A stretch of 64,000 nucleotides of DNA from Amoeboaphelidium protococcarum X5 (taxonomy: Eukaryota > Fungi > Aphelidiomycota): assembly GCA_023515725.1 (NCBI GenBank), contig JALDTO010000179.1:62001-126000 (forward strand). Reading direction: 5' to 3'. Every line of letters begins with the position of its first letter. The first letter of the stretch is position 1. A program made the translations under genes and the position numbers. The notes under the pieces were generated by a model. The model did not search any database and was not told where the DNA came from. It saw only the letters and a list, made by a program, of their open reading frames with translations. Below are positions 13,234-27,188 of this stretch, in pieces.

Positions 13234-14046
13234 TCAGGAAGAATCAACTTCCACGGACGGCGAAACTTCACGTCTACTACCACTACTGCTACTATTAAAA
13301 CGTTCCAGTACTCTCTTTTTTACAATGTGATCCATCAAGGGCCTCATTTTCATCGCACCTTCAATGGCGAGCTGATTGATCTGACGAAACTTGTTGATGT
13401 GGATTCGCGACTCGGCCGTCAGCAGAACGACGCGAGGCATACCAGATCCACGCTCAATCTTATGGGGCAAGATGGCAACGGTGAGACGCGGTACATCGTA
13501 ACTCGCCGACTCTTCATAATTATTTAGGTCCACTATAGGCTGATCGCGAACAATGCCCGCCACCGTGGAACATATATAATCTGTCATGGGGATACCAGCA
13601 TCAATCAAAGCCATTGACGTGGCGTTTATAGCAGCAGATAGGAGACCACCATCGGCAGAGACTACCTGTATCTCAATCACGATATCAGATCTTGGGAACA
13701 ATTGTGTATGAACAACTTCAGAGAAGCACAGGGATACTGTAGATGCAATCTCTTCCAGGCGTTTATCGAATTTCATCTATCTTTTGCGTTCCATGGCGGT
13801 ACTGGAGAACGGAGCCAATTTGATATCACAGACGATTCGGCACCGATCACCAGTATCTTTGGCACTGGATTCCTGAGGTCCGCGTACAATGGAAAATAGC
13901 TTCGTGTTTCCCATTTCTATCAGTGCAGAGCCATCACAATGCTGATGAACTCCCATTCGAAGGGAGCAATTTCTCAACTCATCGCTCCGCCTTCCATCGA
14001 TCCTCAATCCTTCTGGGTTGTATAAATCTAGACTTTATTGCTACAT
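13234..14046 (-). CDS. RRP41: Exosome complex RNase PH-like subunit Rrp41/Ski6
   Basis: GLRIDGRRSDELR, DGSALIEMGNTK, FPRSDIVIEIQVVSADGG, ALIDAGIPM. Two track ORFs are joined across an in-frame TAG. Confidence 0.93.
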
Positions 14047-14402
14047 GGATATAAATGCATTTAAAATATATATTACAATCATTCACTTGAAGAGGCTTAC
14101 CATAATTGTTGTGTTCTACGTCACGCTGTATGATTTTTCAGTTTTTACCGCCGATAAAGCAAGCGGTTGAAAATGGTCATACTTTTATTGATGGCTGTGT
14201 GTTGCTGTGGGCGTTCGTTTGATCGATCTTTGATCCTTTCCAGATGAACGGGCGATCTTTTACTAGTTTTTACTTGCAGTGTAACTACGTTGCACAAAGC
14301 TTAAAAATTTCAACTGATTGTTATTACGTAGATGAATAGATGAATTACTTACAAATAAAAAATGAATTTGGTATAATTATTACAAACTTATTAACAAGCA
14401 TA

Positions 14403-14948
14403 TCACTGGGATGATGGAACGGTAGACTATCGAAGAGATTGGGCAGCTTCCTTTAATCGCTCCGAAGCTTCTACGAATGCTTCACCGATCACGGTTAAAT
14501 GTAAGATCCATCGACTCTCTGCATCTTACGGTTTATCTTTCTACTATAGAATTTGTACTGATCTTATGTAATGCGGCCCATCATTTATACATTCTCCGAG
14601 AGGTATTTGCTTTTGAATTGCATCAACATCAGTTCTAACTAGGATGCGCATCAATTACTACAGCGATTCAACTTGCGCGTGCATTTACATCAGCTACTGC
14701 GATAACTGAGAAAGAACTGCATGAGGCATCTTCTTGGAGTAATTGACAGACTACCCGCTACCATCCATATTGCCATCACGTAAAGACTGCCGTATCTTAT
14801 ACTCTTATAAAACATCGACCCAATTCACCGCAGGCAACATTCTAGCTAGAGTCCGTTCGTAGCTCGGCAAATGAGCATACTAATCATCTACTGGCTGTCC
14901 ATTAGATTCCTCATCAAAGTGGGATATTCTCTCTGCATTCACAGTCAT
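14403..14948 (-). CDS. Hypothetical protein, 181 aa
   Basis: ATG-to-TGA ORF in table 6 (MTVNAERISHFDEES...) with helical, Gln-rich composition. No family recognised. Confidence 0.45.
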
Positions 14949-15150
14949 CGTCTCAATTGTCTATCTACTGTAAATCCAGAACGTATCAAGTCACGGTTGC
15001 TAAGGAAGGCTTAATATTAGCTGAACAACCAACACAAGTACAATGTGGAGATTTTGATCCTCTTAAAAAAACTTCAATTTAGAAAAAGATCAAAATCAGC
15101 TCAAATTATTGTTTCAACCGATTTGTAATTTTAGATATAGAGAATAAAAA

Positions 15151-17985
15151 ATGTCATCAAAATAGCTGAGTATGGTGTCTAAATGGGTCAAAGGCTCGAA
15201 AGGATCTTCTTCTGGTAAATCTAATGCGTCCAAATCTGCGAGATACAAAGAGGTGTTTGGCCTCTCTTTGGAAGAGTATATATTCATGGATAAGGCAAAG
15301 CATAACCATTACGATGTTCCTATCATTCTGATTGCCCTGTGTGAACATTTAAGTAGAAAAGATATTGCCAAGACTGAGGGTGTTCTGCGAATATCTGGTG
15401 GCTCTTAGGATGTAAATAATTTAAAATCCAAGATTGTGGATGCATATCTCCATTCCCCAGTGAACATTCTCTCCCTTTAGAAAGCACTGCAAGTCTCAAA
15501 CAATGAATTTGCTGATCCGCACGTTGTCGCCACAGTGCTAAAACACTTTCTACGTGAGATCAGAGGAGGCGTGGTGGCTATTGAATTTTAGGCTAAATTA
15601 TCTGAATCTTGTCAGCAGCTAAATTCTGTACAATAATCCTCTAATGCTTCTACTCCTAAAACCTCAGATCTTTAACGGGCTTTAACGTCTGTCCGATCAG
15701 TTTTGAATGCTATGCCTTTGTAAAGTAAGGACTGTCTGCGGTATGTCATCATCTTTATGAAGAGGATATCTTCATTCTCAGTCTTTAACAAGATGGCGAT
15801 TGCCAACTTAATATTGCTATTCTCTCCGAATTTGTTTGAATAATCAAAGACTGCGATTGCTTCGTAATTTGGTGGTTCTAATGAATCTCTCAATGATAAT
15901 CAACTGGCTAATTAAAACAAATTATCAACAACGGGCGAAAGTTCTGGCGCAATGATGGATTTTGTTAAACTAAGTCAAGTTCTGAATACTTTGGTGCTGC
16001 ACTTTGAATCGCTGTTTGGTAGAGCAAATTCGGATGACGAAGGTGATCGTGTATTTGAAGTGGATCTAACGCCATAGGAGATTAATATTTTTCATGGTGA
16101 CAACTTTTCTGCTCTTATTAGTAGCTCTGTAAATCCAACAAAGTCTGCCAATAGCAAATCTGTTGTTAATAATAGTAAACGGGTTGATGATGCTGATGAG
16201 TCGTAGAATGATATGAAAATGCAGGGTGACCTGAAGAAGAGTAATAACAAAGTGGATGACGTGAATAGTGTTTAGAGTCAGATGTTGCTATCTCCTTAGG
16301 ATGAGTCGGAACTAACAGAAAAGTTTTAATCCGTCAAGTTTAAAAAAGGCTTCAAAAAGACGATGTAGAAGGCTTTATTGACGTAGAAGAGTGTTGTCGC
16401 TGGTACTGAGCAAAGGGATGACGCGCTGGCCAAAGTTAGTCTCAACGCTATATCGCAGTCCACGTCGAATTTGGATTTGCAAGATTTATCGGTCCAAGAT
16501 GGAGGAGAGGAGATATTGAGAAACTCTAAAGATGCCGGTATATTATCGTCAGTGACCAAGTCTAGAATTAAAGGACCTCTACGTCGTCGAGCTCCTAGTA
16601 TCGGTGCCTAGAATTAAGAGGAAGAGCGCGTAGTCATTGAAAGTCAAAGGTACTTGAAAAGACCTTCGAAAAATTAGAGCTCTGTCGAAGATACTAGCAG
16701 TATTTCAACGACAAAGCCTGCTGGTAAATCTGTCAGATTTAGCTAGGACAAGCAGGAGATAAGTTCCACAGTACCAGCGTCCGATCCATTATATGAATCT
16801 AGTGATGATGACGATGCTATTCAGTCGGTCGAGTATGATAAATGGGACGAGGAATTTCAATCTAGGACCGACAGCTCATCCAGGCAAGTCTTACAAGTAA
16901 AAACTCAGTTGAATGAGAAAATGAAAAAGCTCCGGGAACTAGATAGTTTAATCAAGCAGTAGAGTCCAACGAGAGATTAGCGTAATGTGCAGGCAACAGA
17001 TAGTCTTAACAATAACAGAAATAAATAATCGTCCTTCTAGGAAGATTAGAGGCCGCAGTAGTAGGCTACTGTTGAGACGCTGAGAAGTCCGATTTAATCT
17101 GCAGCTCGTCCATCAGAGTATGATGATATATTGGATAATTACTCAACTTAATCGTTCCCTCGCGCATCTGAAAATAAAGCGCGGTAGAACTCTAAATCTG
17201 CTGAACTATTTGGTGGAGAGTCGGGTGATAGGCCGAGATCAGCTACTTTAAGCAGAAGGAAGCAGAGTCAAGGTGGTGAGAGAAATGCTCTGTTTAGTCC
17301 ATCAACGCCTGGTATTGGAAAAGAGCAAATGATTAAAGACGAAGATTTTGAGGAAGTGATTGATTTGGTGGAGAAATTGCCAAGCTTAAAGTACTCCGCT
17401 CATTTTACTTAACGTGATTTGTAACTTTATTAGGAACGTCTCGACATTGCGCGACCAGCATTGGCAAAGTACTAGCGGTATTTGCGGCTCATCAAGGATG
17501 CACTGCAATTAGTGGACCAAGAGCTTACATCTAATGAGCATGATCTCAGGCGATAATATTACGCTGAAGAGTTGGAAAAGTTCAAGGCACTGCTCGATTA
17601 GTACCGGTCGCTGAAAGCGTTCCTAAGCAAACAGCAGAGGCAGTAGTAGTTGAATTACCGCGATCAACTTTAATACCAAGTCGATGAGCTCAGCTCTCCT
17701 CTTACTCCTTTCCAAACGATTGAGCGTAAGAGGAATCCGTTGATGCAAAAGTATAATGATACTTTATCGTTGAAAGAACAAGCAAAAGTGAAGAGAACAG
17801 TGCAAGTCAACGTTGAGGATCTCAAGGCTGAGAAGCATGAAGTGAAGAAGAAGATTGTAAAGCTGAAGTAATAACTGGATGAGGCACAGAAGAATGGCGA
17901 GCAAAATGGGGCTCAAAAGCTCAAATAATTACTTATGTAGCATCATGAGCGATATCTAGTGTTAAAGAACGTATTATAATAATGA
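15151..17985 (+). CDS. RhoGAP domain protein with C-terminal coiled coil
   Basis: VFGLSL, VPIILIALCEHL, TEGVLRISG (arginine finger), DPHVVATVLKHFLRE and NKMAIANLILLFSPNLF, followed by a low-complexity middle and a coiled-coil tail. Confidence 0.85.
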
Positions 17986-18456
17986 ATATATAGATAAATT
18001 TGTGACGTAAGTTTATTATGCGCGATTACACTTGACATCTCTTGAATAGTCGTCTGATGTTTTTGGTGCAGGAAATTGGATTTTATTTGTAAGTGTTGTG
18101 ATATTAGTATGTGAGAGCAATCCCCGTCAAAAATCTGATACCTGTCACCAAACCATAGAATCCATGTAATTTCGACAATCCCTGAATGACAATGGTTGAC
18201 AAGTGCAGATTACACAGAGACTTAGCGATCTTAAACTCAGTTTGCATAAAAGGCTATTTTTAGACTTGGTCGGAATCTGGGCCAAAATCAGCCAGACGAC
18301 AAAAGCATGAAGGCTATTATCATGCTTTATTCCCACATTAGTAGCTCTCCTTGTCAACCGCTTATTACTGCTTGCACATTCTTTAGCTTACAGATAATCT
18401 TAACAGTGAGAAAGAATACTAGTTAATATCTCTGCACATTTGACCAATCGTACATT

Positions 18457-19647
18457 ATGAAGCTTCACATTGATGAATTGCCGCTGCCGCCAGCTATTGA
18501 CATAACCTCCGATAGCGCAGCGATGCATGACCTTAAGCTGTCCAATGGTATTGCTGGTGATAACGTTTCCCCTTCTGTAAATACTGCATCATCCGATAGT
18601 CCGTTTATCCCTAAATCTAATGCTTTGGGAGATAAAGCTTCTGATACAACTGCTTCCACTCCAGTTGCTGAGCTAAAACCAGCTTCGCCCAAGATTCGTT
18701 TCAATAATGATGAGTACACAAGGTCTGCCAAGTCTGATCACACTGCGAATATTGAAGATATGCTCAAGGCCAGGCCCGCATTCCCTCCTACTGCACCTAG
18801 CGTATTCCGCACTCCCAACACCAACATTGTGACTAATCGCTAACTGGACACTACTCCTGAGCTACTGTCAATCAAGCAGGCTATAATTGATTCTCAAATA
18901 TATGTGACTCCTCCCAAGCTGTACATCCGTATCATTGGCTTCCGTTACTCGAGAGATGGCGAGGATGCAGCAACGCAGGCTGATATGTCGGTGATGTCTC
19001 ATGATGAAAATAGCACCAACAACAAGGCTAGCCAGAAGCGAAAGAAGGTTATGGATCTGCGCGTCGATATCTCAAAATTCATTGATACTGACTATCTGAT
19101 CTATAACCCCGAGTCAATTGGTAACTATCATCTGGATAGGAGACATAAGCACAAGTCACTGAACATTTACAAATACGTAGCATCCAGCAAGTTGAAGGCC
19201 GTCTGCCAGTCAATTAAAGACAAATTTGGTGATGAGTTTGATCATCTGAGCGTGCGCATAACCAATGATGAGTTCGTCGAGCACATTCCAAAGGCCTACA
19301 AGGGAATGTTCTTTGGTGAGGGATGTTCCAAGTCTTTGCGAATTGCAATCTGCCTCGCCTTTCCACCTATAATTCCAGCGGTGCTGTTTGAATTGGTGAA
19401 CAAAAAGGACTATGATACCGGATTCGTTTTCCGTATCAGAAAGTCTAATATTGAGGCAATCGAGAAGGAGCTTGCGGAAGTTGCCTCTGCTGGAATCCGG
19501 GATGTCGATCCATCGCAGCGTAAACAGGAGAATCTCGATCGCGTCCAGAAGAGCGACGGCGAGTTGGCAAAGCGATCTGCCATTGAGCAGGATTGCATCA
19601 TTAACAGCCCTGAGATGGCAAAAACTAATCAAGTTAGCACTGTGTGA
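18457..19647 (+). CDS. Hypothetical protein, 396 aa
   Basis: Track ORFs 18457-18843 and 18904-19647 are in one frame and joined through TAA. Contains PPKLYIRIIG and a hydrophobic segment IAICLAFPPIIPAVLF. Confidence 0.7.
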
Positions 19648-19764
19648 TGATGATAATGTATGGAGACTATAGGTACACTGATATTGTGTACTTGGCTCTC
19701 AACCAAATGAAGAAATAAATGTTGATTAGGATAAATCAAAACGTACTTGGTTCTTGAAATTAAC

Positions 19765-20682
19765 TCAAAATAAATTCACTTTGTACTCTTTTTGAAGCAA
19801 CTACTTTGCAATATTTGAGATGTGCTTAAATCTATCACTGCCTAGATGAGTTCCACCAAACCAGCGCGACACAATAACAACCACTTTGTTGTAGCCACCG
19901 CTCTCAAGCAAACTCAGCAATCGAATACCGGCACCTCCTTCGCCATCGTCATCATAACCATATTCTACGTTATCAATTCGATACGCGACGATATTATGAC
20001 TTGCTTTCCGAATTTTACTGTTCTGAAGAAGAGTATCCAAGACTTGTGCAATCTAATCTTTACTATTAATCCTTGCCATATGTGCCACAAAAATTGACTT
20101 TCTGTCCACTATGGGTTCTTCTGACGACACAATCTTGATCGAAGTTTATCGTTTTTGTGCTTCAGAGTCAGTATAGTTAGTTGTCTTCATAGCCTCAGCA
20201 TCTTTATTCAATGAATGATCGTCATTAAGAACGCCACTAGCTGCAGATACTTAGTTCTAAGAAGATAGCGTTTATCGCCGATCAAGCCATTACCATAAAT
20301 TTCCATCTTACTATGACAGCTCTTAATCGAGACGCGACTATAGTTGTTCGCGCAAGTACTCGATCCAGTCATATATAATGGAGGACTTTGTATCAGTGTA
20401 TTGCTACTGAATATCGTTGTTAACGCGTTACATGAAGTCCTTGTCAGAAGTCAGCCATTTCACCGGACAATTGAATGATTCCCTAATTGTGATCTTCGGA
20501 GCACTTTCTGATGGATAATTCTGAGGCATTTCAATCTCAATTAACACGACGATACTGCCATCTTATTACTGCGAGTTTAAATGAAGCCGATATAAAATCC
20601 GATTATCCTCAGAGACTAGTAGCTCTTCCGGCGAGTATATTGACTACAGGACTTCAATCTCTTATTACTACTCTTCGTTCAT
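19765..20682 (-). CDS. YIH1: IMPACT/Yih1 family protein (RWD plus UPF0029)
   Basis: RWD start MNEEQQQEIEVLQSIY, then DRKSIFVAH, ASHNIVAYRI, DDDGEGGAG and VSRWFGGTHLGSDRFKHI. Confidence 0.9.
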
Positions 20683-20859
20683 TCTATGATATTAAATACA
20701 AAACGTTAAAGCAGATCACGGCGAAATGTAACTCTAAAAGGGCCCGCAAAGACTATCAACTATATACAGTAATAAAATTAAAGGTTTTAAGATGCAAAAA
20801 AAATTAACATGTAATTGATATTCTAATCTTTTATTGTACGTAGACACTAAGTTTATGCA

Positions 20860-22503
20860 TCAATGATAAATTTGCTCATAAATACAAAATACTGTTCCCA
20901 TCACAGCCAATGCAAAAAAGAGGGATAGTACACAGACAGCCACAATACGCTTGAGCAATGTTGATTCTAACATTTTATCAGAGGCTTTGTCTTCAAAGAT
21001 ACATAGCTATAAATGATGAGACTTTGAAATAAAGCCAGCGACAAGGGGGGCAGAATCGATTTCGCCACCATCAAATCCTTACCTACTAGAAAATACAAGC
21101 CAGCATAATACGGGGAACAGTATGGAGTTAATAGTACAAAACAGACTACCAAGAAGCGCCAGTACGCGATCAAAGTGTGGAAATATAATAGCCACTACTA
21201 GGACAAGTACACATATAAATGTCTTTACCAGCGTTGTTCTTAAATACAGCCACAGCGACTTGTACCCTTTGTACATATTCTCTACTTCTCTATCATTTTA
21301 GCTATCAGAAAGAAGTTAGGACTATTCATCATCATCGTCGTCGTCCTTGTCACATTGAGAAGGATCAGTATCCACTACATGACTCTTTGAATTCTATACA
21401 GACGGCGGAATCAATATAGATTCATCATCACCAGCATTGACTTTCGAAAACAGGAAATTCTCAATCTCTAACACTATAGGAAATATGAGCAATGGAAACT
21501 TTGTGAATGGATTAATAATGACCAATGCCATGGTAATAAAGTAAATGACACGAGGATATGCGGGGTCGCGTAGATTCTCAGTAATAACACTCTGGACCCG
21601 ATCGCCAAACATCAAATAACCACAACTGCCCACAATTATATACAAGACAAATGCTGAACTAAAAGCAACATTTACACTACGAGCAAACTTTTGCGGTTAC
21701 TTCATGGAAGCATAGAAGCCGGGAAAGCATGGGGCAGCGGAGAATCCAGCCATGAATAAACCGAAAGCTGCAGGCACAGATGTCCACTTCTCAGGAAGGA
21801 GATACGTGTTGCTGACTGAACGCAGAGATCCAATAGCATCTGGTTTATAGAATCCATCAAATAATACGACCGCCGTAAGATTAATTATACAAACAATTCC
21901 AAGCAGACTGGCATAAGATAGATTAGACAAACTCTTGGGCCAGGTACAAACCGTCATTAAAGACCACGCAACTAATTTTACATACAACTCATACTACGAA
22001 AGATCCAGAGTCAATACCACTGAATGAGAGGCGAGTAATAGCATCGCCACAGAGCCAGCGAATAACTCACAAATGAACAGAATCTGGATGAACGTTCTCC
22101 CCTTGAGTCCAAAAGCAGCCTCGCCAATATCGCCGTACGTAACAAGAGCATCTTTCTTCATGGATAACATGGACTCTTTACATTCTAGCTAACTAGACAG
22201 TCGCCGCTATTGTTATTTAACTGGAGAATCTGACGCAATCTATGACTAATAATCGCCGCCTAACCATTTCATCTTGAGCCACTTGTACTGACATGCCCCT
22301 AAAATCTTCCCGCAATAAGCAGACACATATCCGCATAGCATCAGCAGTAAGACTGCACACAGCCAGCCGCACTTTGAAAATGCAGACGGGAGACATAGGA
22401 GCGATACACCCAAAATCACATTAGCCGTATTAAAGATAGTCTGCAGTGCACTACTGCCGCCAGATTGTCGATCACAATCACTCTATCGCTGTATATTACT
22501 CAT
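20860..22503 (-). CDS. Aa_trans family amino acid transporter, vacuolar AVT1-like
   Basis: QTIFNTANVILGVSLLCLP, TYGDIGEAAFG, GYLMFGD, NPFTKFPL, FDRVLALLGS and multiple TM helices in one 547-aa frame. Confidence 0.9.
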
Positions 22504-23010
22504 TCACTAACTAGTTTATTATTGATCACAATAAATTGAATTAAAATCTAATATTCAAATTGAATACCAACTCCACAATTAATATTAATGAGATGGTAGA
22601 TGGGCGAATGTGATGGCAGCAAAGTTCAGGTGATCGCCGCTGCCTTTAATTGTTTTTTGCTTGTTGTTTTGATGAGAAAGTCCTCGCGATTGCCTCAAAA
22701 TGACGTTAGAACACGCGGATTTATCATCACCTCAAAGCCGTGAGAATTTCGACAACCTTATGACTAACGCACCGACAGTAAACAGTAAAACAGTAAAAAG
22801 CGAGAGCGCGAGAGGAGGAAGAATGAAACGCGCTCGTGTCGATAATACCAATGACAACGACGACACAAACGCTGAAACAATAGAACACTGTAATCTTTAT
22901 CCCCCACTCACATCCGCTATTATTTATTTAGTGTAGAATAGGCTTCGGAATTCTAACAAGGCCAGCAATCTGATATAAAAAAGAACTCATTTTTAGAATA
23001 ACTACGAGAC

Positions 23011-26000
23011 ATGATGGATAAGTGGTTGAAGATTAAGCCCAAAGCTGTGACTGGTGAGGGACCACAACAACTGGGCGCTGAGAAGAAAAAGGATGGTCGC
23101 GGTGGGGCTAGACTTAATGCCGGTAGGAAGAAGAAGATTGTGGAGGAGCCAAGGTAAGCTAATTATATAATTGCATGGTTTTTAATACTGCAAATGTAGA
23201 TTCAAGTTGCCAGAATATCGTGGAGGGAAACGCGCTGGTGCTGGTAGAAAGTCCGCTGCAGATTCTACTGACAATGATAGATAAGCTTCCAAAAAGATCA
23301 AAGCAGTCGTGGCTGATGATATTGTGGACAATGATGACTAAAATTAGCCTAATATTTTCATCAATGTCCCGATTGTAACCTCTGAAGCAGCTTCTGCGGA
23401 CAGTAGATTGTAGGCAACGCCCACAGTTGAAACAGCTGATGCTGTAGATTAGCCCCCCTTGCTTTAACCAAATTTAGCTCCGGTGTTTGGGACTTTATCT
23501 GTTGGAACATCTAGTGATGAAAGTGCGAAGATTGATCCAGTGTCAGATCAGGGAAGAGATATTGATGATCCGTAGGACGGCTCTGACCATATTTTTGAGG
23601 AGTTGAACTGCGGCTTCCGCTCTGACGTCTAATCTAATCAGGAAGTAGATGAACTGTCTGAAGAATTTGAGGATGATTTGGCTTAACCTAAGGCTGGCTC
23701 TGTTGTTGCAGAGTATCTTGCTTCCGTCTTTACCAGAGTTAAAGATCGCAACAGTAATGTAATGAAAGCTGTGAGAGGTGGTAGTTTTTGGATTGAACCA
23801 CCTAATCCTCTTGTGGCAATAACTAAGTCTATCAATGATGGACTTTAAGTGAAGCCAAATGATTTTTACTATCCTAGAGTGTTTGTATTTGTACCTGATG
23901 TGATGTTTCCTCATCTAAAGATCCCATGTCCGAATGCTTCATGCTCATCTGCGTCAGTGGTTCCAAAAGGGTTTCCCGACTATATGCGAAGAATCGTTGA
24001 CTTAGAAGATTGTTATTACATCGCTACATGCAGGTATTAATGCAAAGATTGTAATACTCATTTTGTGCCGACGTCAGCGGATGTTTTGCGCTAGTTTCCA
24101 TTAGAGGTTTAGTTTGCATTCCCATGCTTATTGTCGAAGCGCTCTGGAATTGATTTGAAGATTGTAAAGATGCTTAACATCTTTATTGATCAATCAATGG
24201 GTCCTTAAGCTGTAGCAGACTATCTAAAAGAGTTGCATTCTTTAAAGCATCAAGAACTGGAGGCTCAATATTACTCTGCGTTAAATACTTTGAAAGCTGT
24301 ATATGCGTCGTAAACGAGACTCTTTGCGTCTAAGATTGACTCTTCCGCTGTTCAATTTTCAAAGTTCGCCGATCCCAATGGGTACTCTGGATTCACACCT
24401 TCTGGCAACTATTTGCTATCCGTCTTTCTGAAAGATTATTAAAGAAAGAAGTCTTACTACGATCTGGAGGTACAAAGAAGAGGTGGAAAGGTGATTTCGG
24501 TTGACCACAGCTTTAAGTGGACGAAGCACTTAATGCAAGTTAACGGGTAGTAGTTATTCGAAGGATTGCACTCAGTCATGAATGAATATGAAGAGATTCG
24601 CCAACAATCATTGGTATAATCAGTGTCCAACGACTATCTGAGGGATCAGATGGAGAACATGTAGGAGACGTACAATAATTTGGGGCATTAACCGCCCGAA
24701 CTGGTTTACACGGACAATTGCTGCAACGATAGAGCTTTCTACGAATCTGTATTTCCAAGCCTTCGTCATTCTACATAGCTGATATCTGAATTCCCTAATC
24801 CAAAGCAAATTATTTACCTCAATGATTATTCATCTGCCTGTGCTTCTGCTTTTGAGTTATTTAATAGATGCGTATCCTCCAAAGATCAGGTGAAGATTGG
24901 TTTGGACTGTGAATGGACTATTAATAATGTTGGAAAGGCGGGTAAAGTGGACCTATTGCAATTGGCGTTTCAAGATGGCGTTGTTTACTTGTTTCATCTC
25001 ACTTCTTTCAAGCAGATTCCTCCAAGTCTCAAATTACTTTTGGAATCGTAATAATGTCTCTTCATTGGTAGATCTATCGGCGGCGATGTTAAGTATTTGC
25101 TATAAGATTTTAACATCCGTGTCAGTCAAACTCTAGAGTTATCGAAATGGGCTAAAGACGTTGGACTTGTTAAAAAGGCTACGCTGAGCCTGGATGCTCT
25201 CGTTTAAATAATTCTTGGCTATTAGCTGGAAAAGTCTGCCAATGGGCCTCGATTGTCAATTTGGGCGAAATCTAAACTTACATAGGAGTAGTAAATCTAT
25301 GCCGCTAAGGATGCGATGGCAAGTCTTTTAGTATATCTGCAGCATATTGATAGAGAGTTTGATATTTCTTCGTGCGTTAACTCTGATGATTGTTGCAGTC
25401 CTATTAGTGATGGATCGGAGTTTAACGCTAGTTTGACAACAAGGGTGCTTCTAGATTCATATCATGCCATGGCGAGAATTCCGGTTAAGAAAGGTCACGC
25501 GTTTACGCCTCAGTTTTGCCGTAAATTTAGAGATGCTTTATTTATCATACATCCCTAAGATAGAGCTGCGCTAGAATAGTACGTAAAAGAGAGCGATGAG
25601 TATGAGTCGTTTGATGATTTGATGGCTGCAAGGCCGGATTGGGTTCTCGAGCGATGTCGGCGTGAAATTCCTAGTCCTATGGAGCTCCGCAAGCGGCTTG
25701 AAGCATTGATTGCCGAATATATAAAGGACTGCTATTGTGATCCATCTGATGGTGTCCGACTCCTTGATGAAGATTGTCTGGATGCGTTCAAGAAGCTTTT
25801 TGTTCACGTCGATAAAGGATGCTTATCCGACCCTGTTGGAATCGGATTGTATTACGAGACAGGTCAAGATAGTAATGGGCTGACAACTTATCGATGTATT
25901 AGAGGTACTAGTGATCTAGAAGGGGGGATTCATCAGAAATTAGTGAGGAAATTTAAGACTTGGAATGCCGGCCCTGCATTTGCTGACGCAGCTCTAAGTG

Positions 26001-27091
26001 TAATAAGACACCGATTTAATGTAAGAGCAAGCGAGAGAAATCGTCTAGGCTTTCCTAAGTTAGGACATTATGACCACTTCCTAATAAACCTTGTGTAAAA
26101 GTTTTCCAAGTCTATTTATGGAAGCTCAGTCCACAAGTGGTGGTCTGATTTGACAGATCTCACACTAAGTTCAGAATAGTTCGGAGTTATCCCTTGCATT
26201 CCTCGAGATTAATATGAGAGCGTATCTGAGGAATAGATTAGGCATTACAAGCCATCTATCTAGTATTTGGCAAAGAAGACGAAGTCTGTAGTTCCTTACC
26301 TTCCTATGCTCAATTCTCAAGAGCACTAATAATTTGGAAGTCTTTTAAATTTGCACTTAAGGCAAGTTGGGAGTATCAAAAGAATATCGTTTCAGAAGAT
26401 GGCGGATGAGTGGAACACCGGCTATCGCTGTGCAACTCCGGATGGTCTCACTATATTCAAGAAGATTCCTCGACATTTAGAGCTATATCTTTCTCGATAC
26501 CTTGACATTGTTACACGAAGTTCTGCTCATCGCTTGGCCTCCACCTCGACAGCGTAGTTGAGCGCTTTATTGGAAAGTGACATTGGAGCTATATCACTGC
26601 ACTAATTGAAGCCTGCGGAAGTCGATTAGATTCCTCATAACGCGGTTTGCGTTGATGATAGCGACAATGATAGCCTCAGCTAGACATTGGCGGAGAAGAA
26701 TCTAGTGGCTAATGTCACATGCCAGCAAAGTAGCATAGTAGATTAATAGCTGGTCGTTTAGCCAGTCTCTGTCATCTCTGGATCACAATCATTGTATCGG
26801 AATGCTGAAACCAGCAGTCGGCGCATGTAATTAGTTGCGACGAGTGTATCAGTAAGTAAAAAGTCCTCTAATCAGTCAGTATAGGTAGCACCAAAAGAGA
26901 TTTAAGTTGCGTAACCAAAATCTTTGAGTCTTAAAAATAATAAGCAATGCAAAGGTTGCGGTCTAAGAAGGTATGACAATCCTGGATGTCCCGGTGGAAC
27001 CGCCCGCGGTACTTGCATCGAGAAAATCAAACGTGGAGAAGGGAAGAAGACGATCCAATCAAAAGGTCGTACGTAGTCATCCAGCTCGTGA
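23011..27091 (+). mobile_element. Dada-like DDE DNA transposase gene with embedded DEDDy 3'-5' exonuclease; join(23011..23153,23200..27091), ~1344 aa
   Basis: Cys-rich N domain (IPCPNASC...RYQCKDC), D1 ISVDHSFK (24503), D2 VYTDNCC (24713), exonuclease GLDCEW/GGDV/YAAKDA (~24890-25325), LDSYH DxxH (25454), GCLSDP, RGTSDLEG E (25919) and C-terminal CKGC...C...C. One 46-nt GT-AG intron. Confidence 0.8.
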
Positions 27092-27164
27092 TTTATCCAC
27101 ATCATCATCTCTATAAACGTGAATTTAGTACCGAATTTATTGATTTCTTATCAAAATACTGCAG

Positions 27165-27188
27165 TTTTTTTCAAAATTTTGAAAAAAA
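27165..27188. repeat. Perfect 24-nt palindrome TTTTTTTCAAAATTTTGAAAAAAA
   Basis: Self-reverse-complementary, about 75 nt downstream of the transposase stop. Confidence 0.7.

Noticed and set aside
19210-19672. Antisense or alternate-frame ORFs in the track, here and throughout the window
   Set aside because: Shadows of real genes on the opposite strand or in another frame.
22560-23010. tRNA/snRNA target remnant or TIR at the left flank of the transposase; track ORF 22700-22936
   Set aside because: No cloverleaf, U1/U6 match or inverted repeat with the right flank is visible, and the ORF is out of frame with the transposase.
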